Shown here piece by piece: positions 44,949 to 56,889 of a stretch of 64,000 bases of DNA. Origin of the DNA: Histomonas meleagridis 2922-C6/04-290x (Eukaryota; Protista; Parabasalia). The stretch spans positions 310,001 through 374,000 of the forward strand of contig JAANOX010000034.1 of the NCBI GenBank assembly GCA_020184695.1. Reading direction: 5' to 3'. Position 1 is the first letter of the stretch, and every line of letters begins with the position of its first letter. The position numbers and the translations under genes were made by a program. Below the pieces are notes generated by a model. That model saw only the letters and a list, made by a program, of their open reading frames with translations. It had not been told where the DNA came from and did no database searches.

Positions 44949-46295
44949 TCAACTTAATAAATCGTTATATATTACCTCGAATTCTTCGATATAATTACTT
45001 ATTTGTTCATAAGTTTCTTCATTTAAAGAATGATAAGTGTTTAAAAGTTGTTGGATTTTTTCATTTTCTTCATATTGTACAAATAAGTGCTGTTGTTGTT
45101 GTATTAAATAAAGTAAAATTTTGGATAATGATTCGATTTCTTCTTCACTAGAAACAAATTCATCGGCAATATCCAAAAAGATCGAAAACAGAATGTTATC
45201 CCATTCAATCGAAGGTAATACCAATGAAATCGTTTCGATTATTTTCTTTTCGGTTTTAAATGACCAATTTTTAAATGTCATAAAAAGATAATGAACAAAA
45301 TCTTGATCCAAATCATCCAAATAAGGAAAAGCAGCATCAAGAAGTGAACAACAGCTATAAACAAATTCTGAATTACATACATCAATTAACTCATTCCATT
45401 GAATCGAGTTTGAAACAGAATTTGATACTTTATAACAATTTTGATCAATTGTTATGATCGATGTCAATAAATCTAACAAACAAATTTGAGTGTAATCGTT
45501 TCCTTTTTTGATGCAAAGCTCAAACAATTTGTCTGGAAGAGCAATATCACAAAATTTTAAAAAGATTTCGGGATTCATCTGACAAAAAATGACACCTAAT
45601 TTACAGAGGATACAAAATTCATCCGATTGATTAACTTTGTTCCCATAATTTTTGAATATTTGAAGTATTGGTTCAACTTGTTCGATCGAAGTAAATTGGA
45701 AATTCATAAGAATTACATCTAAAAGTTTAAGCATTTGATATGGACAACCATTGTTTCCTTTGGGATTCATGTAAAGAACTGGAATTGCAGTGATAATTTC
45801 TTGAATTAAAACTTCATTATCAGGAATAATTGGACTTTGAATTAGTGATTCCAACAAAACCAAAGATGGCATTTGAGTTTGGTCTTTTCGTGTAGAGTTT
45901 TGCTTCTGTATTGCATGATTTAATAAATTTATGATAAATTCTTTATTAGTATAAAACTCATTACGCACATTTAATGAACTTTGGTTGATGATCCATTTGT
46001 TTATCAGATCAACACCTATTTTATATATGGCAGGTGTTTTTGCTTCATTAACTAAATTAATTAATTTTATTTGAATCTGATGTTTTTGAAGAACTATGAA
46101 ATCACTTTCAGTAGCATTTATTATAATTTGGTGGAAATGCTTGTATATATCGATTTGATCATTCATTGAATGATTGGATAAATTATCAAGATCCTCATAA
46201 AGTTGTTTGGCACTTTCTTCATTCAAAAGATCTTTGTGCTCCCGAAGCCTTTGACTTTTGTCCTTGTACGGCACCGGTGGAGATTTGTAACCCAT
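44949..46295 (-). CDS. ARM/HEAT-like helical repeat protein
   Basis: 448-aa ORF with a helical pattern and an MGYK start. Confidence 0.65.
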   Translation of the reverse strand: MGYKSPPVPYKDKSQRLREHKDLLNEESAKQLYEDLDNLSNHSMNDQIDIYKHFHQIIINATESDFIVLQKHQIQIKLINLVNEAKTPAIYKIGVDLINKWIINQSSLNVRNEFYTNKEFIINLLNHAIQKQNSTRKDQTQMPSLVLLESLIQSPIIPDNEVLIQEIITAIPVLYMNPKGNNGCPYQMLKLLDVILMNFQFTSIEQVEPILQIFKNYGNKVNQSDEFCILCKLGVIFCQMNPEIFLKFCDIALPDKLFELCIKKGNDYTQICLLDLLTSIITIDQNCYKVSNSVSNSIQWNELIDVCNSEFVYSCCSLLDAAFPYLDDLDQDFVHYLFMTFKNWSFKTEKKIIETISLVLPSIEWDNILFSIFLDIADEFVSSEEEIESLSKILLYLIQQQQHLFVQYEENEKIQQLLNTYHSLNEETYEQISNYIEEFEVIYNDLLS

Positions 46296-46661
46296 TTGTG
46301 CACAAACATCAATTGAATCAATTTTGATCGGGATATATTGTGGGATTTTTTATAACAAATGAATTTACTTAAATTAAGAATCATTTCTCCAAAATAAGAG
46401 TGCATTTTTGCATGTTTTTTAAAAATGTATATTTGATTGGTGATGATAAATTTGTACAAGAAAATCAAATAATACCAAATTCAAAAAATTGAAAAAGCTT
46501 TGTATTTATCAGCGAAATATCTTTTTTCTTTGGTATTAAAAAATTAACAAATTGACATCGAAGTGTTAACCACGCTTGGAATAAATTGAATAAAATTTCG
46601 ATTCGTAAAAGTGCCATTTTGGGCGGTTGCACCGGAACAAAAATCACAAAATTCTCCAAAA

Positions 46662-47753
46662 ATGAGTAAAAACAAAATATTAATGATGTCAGGAGGAGAC
46701 AATGTTGTTTCATCAGTTTCTTTTGCTTTTTTTCTTAAAGCTATTTTTTCATCTTTACCACCTCCAGATGAAACATTCGAAGTTGATCTTTCACCAGAAG
46801 ATGTTGACAAACTTTATCTTTGCATGATGCTTTCGAAAATGGTATACGTTGATCCAAATGAACGAGAACTTCCATATCAACTTGGCAGTATAGTCATTGA
46901 ATCTCAAGTCTCTAAACTTTACGTTATACCATATTTTATCATGAACAGTGAAATTACAGATACAATTTATGTAACGTGTCGTGGCTCTTATTGTTTCAAT
47001 GATTTTCTTGTTGATTTCATGGCCAAAGCTGTTAAATATAATGGTGGTTATGTTCACGAAGGTGTTTATCTTACTGCAAAGAATTTATATGATGAGATTA
47101 AACCCATTATAATCACTCTATCAAAAACAAATAATAATCGAAAAGTTATTATAACAGGTCATTCTCTTGGCGGTGGTGTAGCAGCCACTGTTGTTTCCAT
47201 GTTTCAAAACGATTTTCCAACACTTGATGTCAGCGGCATCATCTTTGCCCCCTGTGCATCATTCACCAAAAACCTTTGGTTAAACTCAACGAATCGTATC
47301 AAATCATACATAGTCGATGGTGACTTTGTACCTTTTCTGTCTTTCCATAACGCATCTGCGATTCCCGAAAATTCACTTCCATTTCCAATCCACGAAGCGA
47401 TGTTGAAAGTCATTAAGAAGCGAATGAGTATAATACCCTACACGCCACCTGTCGAGAACCTCTATCGAAATCCCTTCGAAATTCCACCTCCTGCGATCGA
47501 ATCGATTTTGGACAATTCGATCGACTTCTATCTGAAGCCAATGCCATTGTATCCGCCCGGAGATTTGTTCTTGATCACTTTGGTGGATAACAAGAACGGA
47601 ACTGTCCAGATAAGGAAAATTCGGGACTGCGAATACTTCGGACATTTCGTGAATAACTTAAACGAGTTAAGACATATGATGGGGCTGTACAGAGAATGGA
47701 TAGAACAGTTTTGTAAAATATATATAGAAAAGCCACCGCCAGTACTTGATTAA
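46662..47753 (+). CDS. Lipase class 3 (DAG-lipase-like)
   Basis: IYVTCRGS, VHEGV, nucleophile elbow TGHSLGGG and DFVPFLS. Confidence 0.88.
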   Translation: MSKNKILMMSGGDNVVSSVSFAFFLKAIFSSLPPPDETFEVDLSPEDVDKLYLCMMLSKMVYVDPNERELPYQLGSIVIESQVSKLYVIPYFIMNSEITDTIYVTCRGSYCFNDFLVDFMAKAVKYNGGYVHEGVYLTAKNLYDEIKPIIITLSKTNNNRKVIITGHSLGGGVAATVVSMFQNDFPTLDVSGIIFAPCASFTKNLWLNSTNRIKSYIVDGDFVPFLSFHNASAIPENSLPFPIHEAMLKVIKKRMSIIPYTPPVENLYRNPFEIPPPAIESILDNSIDFYLKPMPLYPPGDLFLITLVDNKNGTVQIRKIRDCEYFGHFVNNLNELRHMMGLYREWIEQFCKIYIEKPPPVLD

Positions 47754-48439
47754 TTTGTAAAATATTTGATTAATTTTAAAATGTAATCGATTTACGAAAT
47801 TATTTAAAATTATTTAAAAAGCATAATAAGACATTAGAGTTTAGATGTTTAAAGAATTTTTATATTCAGAACAAATCACTGTATTTAATTTCAACAAAAG
47901 TAATATTTACAATGTTGTTCATGAACAAATAAGAAAGAAATATAAATTTAGGAAATATATTTTATGAATGCTGATGTAATGATAATATTATATAAAATAG
48001 TTATAATTTTCAGAAATATTATCAAAGAAAAATACATTATCTAAATGCAGATAATTATAATCTATTTTTGAAATTCATTTCATAAATTGACGAGTAATTA
48101 AATAAACTTATTTTTTATATGTCGACTTTTTCACAAAAAATATATTATAAAAGATCATAATCAAAATCAAACTTGAGGAATTATTATTCCAAATTATCAA
48201 TAATAATTATTATATTCTGATATTATATAGGATTTAACTCTATATAAAAGGGTATTATATTTTGATATTTTATATTTTCATTGATTTTATTCAAAATTAT
48301 CACATGCTTTGATGTTTTATTACTTAAAATATAGTTATTTATTAATTCACTTTTTGGATTAAATAAATAAAAAATTTAAAATATATGCTTCATTTCCATT
48401 TTTTATTAAAAACGAAGATTTGATTTTTTTTTAAGTTTT

Positions 48440-51400
48440 TTAATTAGAATTTTCGTTCGTTCCTATTTTAAGAAGTAAATTTACTATTTTTGTGTATCCT
48501 TTTTGTTCTGCAATTTGAATTGCAGTCAAATATTGTTAAAACATATTCCAAATTATGAAAACATATTTGAAATTAATAAAACGTATATAAAATTATTCAA
48601 ATGAATATTTTTTTCATTAACATCAATTCCTTCTTTATCTAAAAGTAATTTTACTATTATTATATTATTATTTTCAACTGCTATATGAAGTGCTGTTTCA
48701 AATTATTAAAACATATTCTAAATTAATAAAGCATATTTCAAATTATTAAAACGTATATAAAATTATTCAAATGAATATATTTTGCATTAACATCAATTCC
48801 TTCTTTGTCTAAAAGTAATTTTACTATTTCTATATTATTATTTCTAACTGCTATATGAAGTGCTGTTTCAAATTATTAAAACATATATAAAATTATGAAA
48901 ACATATTTGAAATTAATAAAACGTATATAAAATTATTCAAATGAATATTTTTTTCATTAACATCAATTCCTTCTTTATCTAAAAGTAATTTTACTATTTC
49001 GATATTATTATTTCTAACTGCTATATGAAGTGCTGTTTCAAATTATTAAAACATATTCTAAATTATTAAAACATATTCTAAATTATTAAAACATATTCTA
49101 AATTAATAAAGCATATTTCAAATTATTAAAACATATTCTAAATTAATAAAGCATATTTCAAATTATTAAAACATATTCTAAATTATTTAAACATATTATA
49201 AATCATTAAAACATATTTCAAATTATTAAAACATATTCCAAATTATTAAAACATATTTCAAATTATTAAAACATATTCCAAATTATTAAAACATATTATA
49301 AATGATGAAAACATATATAAAATTATTAAAACACATTCTAAATTATTAAAACATATTAAAAATTATTCAAATGAATATTTTTTGCATTAACATCAATTCC
49401 TTCTTTGTCTAAAAGTAATTTTACTATTTCTATATTATTATTTCTAACTGCTATATGAAGTGCTGTTTCAAATTATTAAAACATATATAAAATTATGAAA
49501 ACATATTTGAAATTAATAAAACGTATATAAAATTATTCAAATGAATATCATTAACATCAATTCCTTCTTTATCTAAAAGTAATTTTACTATTTCGATATT
49601 ATTATTTCTAACTGCTATATGAAGTGCTGTTTCAAATTATTAAAACATATTCTAAATTATTAAAACATATTCTAAATTATTAAAACATATTCTAAATTAT
49701 TTAAACATATTATAAATCATTAAAACATATTATAAATTATTAAAACATATTCTAAATTATTTAAACATATTCCAAATTATTAAAACATATTTCAAATTAT
49801 TAAAACATATTCCAAATTATTAAAACATATTATAAATGATGAAAACATATATAAAATTATTAAAACACATTCTAAATTATTAAAACATATTAAAAATTAT
49901 TCAAATGAATATTTTTTGCATTAACATCAATTCCTTCTTTGTCTAAAAGTAATTTTACTATTTCTATATTATTATTTCTAACTGCTATATGAAGTGCTGT
50001 TTCAAATTATTAAAACATATATAAAATTATGAAAACATATTTGAAATTAATAAAACGTATATGAAATTATTCAAATGAATATTTTTTTCATTAACATCAA
50101 TTCCTTCTTTATCTAAAAGTAATTTTACTATTTCGATATTATTATTTCTAACTGCTATATGAAGTGCTGTTTCAAATTATTAAAACATATTCTAAATTAA
50201 TAAAGCATATTTCAAATTATTAAAACATATTCTAAATTATTTAAACATATTATAAATCATTAAAACATATTTCAAATTATTAAAACATATTCCAAATTAT
50301 TAAAACATATTCCAAATTATTAAAACATATTTCAAATTATTAAAACATATTCCAAATTATTAAAACATATTCTAAATTATTTAAACATATTCCAAATTAT
50401 TAAAACATATTTCAAATTATTCAAATGAATAGTTATTGCATTAACATCAATTCCTTTATCTAAAAGTAATTTTACTATTTCGATATTATTATTTCTAACT
50501 GCTATATGAAGTGCTGTTTCAAATTATTAAAACATATTTTAAATTATTAAAACATATTATAAATTATTAAAACATATTCTAAATTATTTAAACATATTAT
50601 AAATCATTAAAACATATTTCAAATTATTAAAACATATTCCAAATTATTAAAACATATTATAAATGATGAAAACATATATAAAATTATTAAAACACATTCT
50701 AAATTATTAAAACATATTAAAAATTATTCAAATGAATATTTTTTGCATTAACATCAATTCCTTTATCTAAAATTAATTTTACTATTTCTATATTATTATT
50801 TTTAACTGCTATATAAAGTGATGTTTCAAATTATTAAAACATATTGGAAATTATTAAAACATATTGGAAATTATTCAAATGAATATTTGTTGCATTAATA
50901 TCAATTCCTTTTTGTTCTAAAACATATTTCACAAGTTCAACATTTCCTGATTCTGAAGCAAATGGCAAAATATCTTTTGGTATCTGATTATTTTGAAGGA
51001 AATATTTAACAAGATATAAATTTCCATTTCTTGCTGATTCATTTATATTATTGATATTAACAATTTCTTTTTCTGCCAAAAATGCTAAAATTTCATAATT
51101 ATCATTTTTAATACAAAAACTTACCAAATCATTTGTATCTTCAGACATTTTCGGTATTGATTGTATTTTTTCTATTTTATTCTCAAAAATATATTTAAAG
51201 ATATCATTTTGATGAAATTGAATTGCTGTTTCATATGCATCTTCAAATGTTGAATTATTTTGTTCACATAAATGAATAATTTCTTCATTTCCACCTGCAA
51301 CTGCATATTTACCTGTATTATTTACATTTGCTCCATTCATAAGTAAATATTTAAAACATTTAACTGAAGAAAAAAATGCTGCATAATCTATTAATGTAAC

Positions 51401-52144
51401 ATTCTTTTGATTAATAAATGAACATCTTTCATAAAGTGATGGCTCAATTTCTTGATTAAAATCAAAATTACTTTGTGATGATATTTCTTGAAGTTTTTCT
51501 ATTTCATCATTTCGAATTATTTTTGCTGTTTCATTTGGATTATGTCCTTCTTTAATATATTTCTTATGAAGCTCCCAATCATTCTTTGAAAGTTCTTCAT
51601 AATGATCTTTAAAGTATCTTTCTATTGGATCATTTCTATTAGACCCATATGAAAAATGGTTTCGGTTTTGGTTTTCATCTTTTGCTTTATAATGTGCAAA
51701 ATATTTTGAATCAATGTTTTGAGTGATATTTTTATCAATTAAATTTTGTTCAATCATTTTTTCGATTAAATAATATGATTCTTGTGTGTTCTTTGTGGAT
51801 ATACGTTTGATAAATATTGGTATTAATTTAACGATATTTTGATTAATTTCTTCTTCTTTCATTTCAAATGCTTTTAAAAAATTTAAGTAAATATCGAATA
51901 CTTGTTTTCGTGATGAAAATGCACTATAAACGATGTTACTTATAATGGCATTAAATGTATTTGGATAATTTAGATCAAAAAATCCCAATGCTTTTTTAAG
52001 AGAAGACTGGATGCTTTCTTCAGTCAAATTAAAAATAGTTTTCTCAAGCTCAATTAGGGATTTCAAGCATGTTGATAAATGATTCAAATTTTGATCTCCT
52101 GTGTTTATGGTAGTAATATCATCATTATGTGTGTGATTTGACAT
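48440..52144 (-). CDS. DUF3447-ankyrin repeat gene. Continuous ORF 52144..50834, apparently continued by 9 spacer-separated ankyrin modules and a terminal capping repeat ending at TAA 48440
   Basis: DUF3447-type motifs (TLIDYAAFFSSVKCFKYLL, AVAGGNEEIIHLCEQ, AIQFHQNDIFKY); modules translate as ETALHIAVRNNNIEIVKLLLDKEGIDVNAKNIHL. The confidence given refers to the joined model; the 5' ORF alone is about 0.9. Confidence 0.65.
48530..50875. repeat. Composite tandem array: 96-102-bp ankyrin modules interleaved with a 20-bp minisatellite (aaattattaaaacatattcy)
   Basis: Ten spacers, all of length 8+20n (48, 208, 248, 68, 268, 68, 328, 68, 68, 68). Confidence 0.95.
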
Positions 52145-52215
52145 TGAAGAATTCTTCTGAATTATATGAATAAACGGTTCCCACTTTCAGTGGTGCCGGG
52201 CACCCCAAATATCAC

Positions 52216-54904
52216 TTGAGCTTCGAAGAGAACATGGGACAAAAAAAATGGCTTTGAAAATCTATTTATAAATTTAAAATAATACTTTATAATATGATAT
52301 TTATCTATCAAAAATTCATATCTAAGGATTTTCCGCATAACATTTTGTGATATTTATATTTGAAAAATTGTTGAAAACACGTTACTTTGTTGTTTATTGA
52401 AGTAAATTTCATCGTCAAAATCTTAACCCGTTATTTCATTTATCAATAATTTTTCGCCTCCGTGTACAAGAGGATTCCAAAACAGGAATTCACCAGTCTG
52501 TAATTCAATTGAGGCCAATTTAAAAGCAAAGAAAAATGAGCAATTGAAAAAAGTTATAAAGATGAACTTCAGCAAAAATCAACTTTAAATAAAAAAAGAC
52601 AACAATAATAACAATGTAATTAAATCGTTGGAAAATTATCCTTCTATGAACCAACATGTTTTGTCATTGTCTCCGAAAAGATATGGCAAATCAATTAGAA
52701 GCGACTACATATTAATGTCAATGATCGGCAAATCAATGTGGGGATTTTTTGTATAAAAAATGGGATTTCCAAGTTACAAAACAGTTAAAAGATTGACAGC
52801 AGGAAAATTTACTCGTATAGGTTCATATATGGATTTATTTAATGGTTTTTTACAAAATATTCAAAAGTTATTCATATATTTCATTAACAATGATTTTAAG
52901 AATGTCAAAATCGTTATAGCAGTAGATGCTGCTGGGTAAAACCAAATGTAGTGATTAATAAAAAGTAAATAAATTGATGGTTTATTAGATGAAGTGGAAA
53001 TTGAGCCAGATGAAATAACAGGATCAAAAAAATCACTTGAAGCCTTCAATGCTTTCATCGAAGCAAACAAAACCGATATTATTTATTATTATTTTGTATT
53101 TTATGCATGTCCAATTGATTCTAAAAAAGGAGGATTTCCAATTCTTATAAAACCCAAAAACAATGGTTCTGCAGATACTGATCTAGTTGGCGATTCTGAA
53201 AAAATTTATTCAAAATGTAGAGAATTGCAAATCGACATCATAGGTCTCGCATTCGATGAAGATTCTAAATATTTAAAATATGTTAAAGGAATTTGTCAAA
53301 GTTTAAACCAAATTGATTTATCCACATCCTTACCAAAGTTATTATTAAATATTGACATGCCATCAATATTTAAAGATTCACTCCATCTCGTAAAATGTAT
53401 TCGTTATCAAATGGTTTCGGGTTCTGGAATATGCATTTTTCACGATAGAGATGATGTTCTTAAAAAAAACGAATTTCAATCAATTAAAATTCCAACTTGG
53501 GAATTGGATAACAGCAGTGCAAAAAAAATGGATGATTAACTCTTTTTAATGATGTATCATAGACAAAATCTCTATGATACAATCCTAAAATTAAATCTAA
53601 GTTTAGTAATTGCGTTATTGCCTTCAGTTTTATCAATTGATTCAGTATTTAATGAAGATTTTGAAAAAAAAATCGATTAGATTGTCTCTCTTTGTGCTTT
53701 GCTATGTGTTATATATATCGAGAATATTATAAATTAAAATCTCAATTAAAATTGCAGCAAACATTCAGTAAAATGAAGGGTAACAATCAACATATGTCGA
53801 TATACGATCTGAATATGTTGGATAAAATGATTTCACTTTCTCATTCTTTATCAGTAATTATATCGAAGGGTTTTTCATGCCATCTTGGGTCATTTGGAAC
53901 CCATTGGCTTGAGCATTTTTTTGGTGGTAATATCAGAAGATTCAGCAAAGACAGTGATACACCGGAAATGTTCGAGCATTCAGTTTTAACTCTCATTTAC
54001 AAAAAATTGATGAAAAGCAGTGTTCTTGATAAAAAAGTCAATGGAAGATCCGACAGTGGAACTTATTTGGAATCAATTGAAACAAAAGATTCAAGTTATA
54101 TCGAAATTAAACAATTTGGGAGTTATCTCCATGAAGCAACAATCCTTTTGATAGAAGATGTAAATCAATTGTACTTGATAGATAATCCTAACAACTCTCT
54201 TTTAAAAATCATGGGATGTTCAATTTTTGAAGCAAGAGATTTTCTTTCTCCAGGTGGGTTGATGGAATTTCTCAGCAAAAGCTTCAACATCCCTGAATAT
54301 GCAAGTACTACCCAAGCAAGAATGACTGATTCATGTGGATATTCAACGATTAAAAGGAATGTCGAATCTAGTCAAATCTAATATGTAAAAAAATATTTGA
54401 CTCATAATCATCCAAAATTGTAGATGTTTTTTTAAAACTCGAAATACCATCAATTAACTCAAAAGATCTTAAGATTTGAATTATTTATCTCAACATTTAA
54501 ATAATTATTTTGCAAAACGTTATGCACGAATTTCCTCAATATTTGAAATTATAATAGTAGAAATTTTGGTATATATATGATTATAAAAATAAAAAAAAAA
54601 TTGTAGATAAATTCTTGAATTATAGATTGTATTTTTTGCATCCCCTATTTCTTTCACCATTTTTCTGAATTGTAAAATATAAACATTTGTAAATTGATAT
54701 AAGCCGAAAATAAATCACAGAATAATAAATCAACAATTCTAACACGAATATGAACTTATACATCATTAAAAATTATAATATAGAGTCTCCTAGGCATATT
54801 CAATATGATACATAAATTAATTTTGTTGACAAATCGGACTTTAAAAAGTTCCAAATTTAGAAAAAAATAAACGGTCGATGTCCCATGTTCTCTTCGAAGC
54901 TCAA
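52216..54904 (+). mobile_element. Degenerate P-element/THAP9-like DNA transposon with 26-bp perfect TIRs
   Basis: TIR ttgagcttcgaagagaacatgggaca at 52216-52241 and its reverse complement at 54879-54904; broken transposase with GFPSYKTVKR, IAVDA, IIGLAFDED, DSLHLVKCIRY and HWLEHFFG motifs. Confidence 0.78.
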
Positions 54905-55141
54905 TAATTTTTGATGATTAGTGACAAGCTATAATTTTTTGTTTATCTCTAGCTCATTTTGCATCTTCTTAAAATTCTTAAAAACAAATTCAAGTATGCT
55001 GTTGTGCTTTGGGGATACTTGTTTGTTTGAATTTCATAAATTTTTGAATTCTAATTAGAATTTCGAGATCTCACAGAAAATCACAGAAAATATTGAAAGA
55101 TCCAGACCGTTTATCTGCTAGCCATTTGAAAAACAAAATTT

Positions 55142-56143
55142 ATGATATCATTACCAATTGATATAAAACAAGAAAATGATACATATATTCCAATTCAAGA
55201 CGATGGTGTTATGGCTATTAATTTCGAACCAGATTTTGATATTAATTCAATGAGTCCACATGTTGGTGATATATTTCGTTTTTATATTCCGACCAAATAT
55301 TTTTTAAATTCATACCAACCATTAATCGAACGGAAAGTTTATGGTTTTACGCATTATTCTCCAAATTCAGATATTGCAGTTATGGCAGCACATTTTGGAT
55401 GCTTATTTCAAAAACATACAAGAAAAATGCAATCCAAAGCGAATTTTAATAGTGTCCGAAATGCATTTGAGATATTACATTGCACAGAAACAGAATATCA
55501 AAAACGAGAAGAAATCATTTCATTTCCACAAGATTCTTTTATTCAAGGTGTATTAGTCACTGTTTGTATTGATGAGCCACTTACGCATTATATTTCATTT
55601 AATCGTAATGGAATTCGATCACGAGATCTTTCAACGCCCACAAATTTTTCACTTCGAATTTCACATTTTTACTTATTGACAATTTTCGATGAGATTCCAA
55701 ATTGTGTTTCACCCGAATCATTTATTCGTGGGAGATATATTGTTCCAAAAATTTTATCAACTGAAACATATTATGTTACGATTTCATATGATGCAATTTT
55801 TCTTCAAAATTTTATCACTCGAATGAACATTGCACAAGGTTTATTTAATACATATCGAATAGTTTTTACTAATACTAAACGTCAACGAGAACTTTCATTA
55901 GTATCTGATAATATTTTAAAAATTAACGAAATTGATTTAACTAAATATAAATATTTGGATATGAGTCGAAAAATTGATAATCAAGGAGAAGAAATCATCG
56001 AATTTGATTTTAATCAACTTAAATTTATCGATAAAGGATTACGAATTGGAAACGAACATTTTGAATCAATAACAACAATTATTTTAATAAATATTATAAA
56101 AAATAATAAAAGAGGTAAAAAAGATCAAATTTATGAACATTAA
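55142..56143 (+). CDS. Rxt3/HDC1-like histone deacetylase complex subunit domain protein
   Basis: RKVYGFTHYSPNSDIAVMAAHFG and VLVTVCIDEPLTHYISFNRNGIRSR resemble the Rxt3 motifs (WGTDIYTDDSD...H.G; Y.S..RNGIRSR); M3 motif GACCGTTT at 55105-55112. Confidence 0.65.
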   Translation: MISLPIDIKQENDTYIPIQDDGVMAINFEPDFDINSMSPHVGDIFRFYIPTKYFLNSYQPLIERKVYGFTHYSPNSDIAVMAAHFGCLFQKHTRKMQSKANFNSVRNAFEILHCTETEYQKREEIISFPQDSFIQGVLVTVCIDEPLTHYISFNRNGIRSRDLSTPTNFSLRISHFYLLTIFDEIPNCVSPESFIRGRYIVPKILSTETYYVTISYDAIFLQNFITRMNIAQGLFNTYRIVFTNTKRQRELSLVSDNILKINEIDLTKYKYLDMSRKIDNQGEEIIEFDFNQLKFIDKGLRIGNEHFESITTIILINIIKNNKRGKKDQIYEH

Positions 56144-56889
56144 CAAAAAATCATATTTTTTTATGTAAAAACTTTATAATAAAATATTTTTTTTTTTTTA
56201 TTTTTAAAAATGCGTCCATTTCATATTATTAAAAAATTTTTGTTTTTGTTTGTATATAAATATTGCAAAAATAATTAAAAAATATCAACATTTACTTACT
56301 TAATTCATTGTATTTTTCAAATAACTCATACTGAAGGAAGACGATATAAATATCTTATTGAACAATACAGATAACGATAATCTTACAAACTAAACATATT
56401 TTAATATTTAGTTATATAAATTTCCTTTAACTTATAAATTAAAAAATAAAGAACTCAATGGAGAGATATTTAATATTTTTTTATAATATAATTAATTTTT
56501 ACACATTCACTAATATGTAATTATTTATTCCAAAAACATGAATATCAAACTACAATTTTTTTTAATACAACAATAGAACAGTCTATAATAAGAAATTTAG
56601 TGTGACTATTTCAAAATGAATTTCATTTAAAACTAGGAATCTTGTTTATTTATAAAAAATTTATTCGAAAATATTATAACTATAACATTATATTTTATAC
56701 AATAATTTCAAATTAAGAGATTCCAATAATATATTCACTATTAAACATAATAAATTATTTAGAGGTAATTTTGGATAATATTATTAGAAAAAAACAACAA
56801 AATCAAAGGCGCAGTGTACCATTTTTTCCAGGATAAAACCGTTACTTTCCGCCTTTGATTAAGTGACATGTGATATTAAAATAGAACCA

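Noticed and set aside
48530-50875. CRISPR array
   Set aside because: The conserved units are about 100-bp ankyrin-coding modules, the spacers are themselves tandem 20-mers, there are no cas genes, and the context is eukaryotic.
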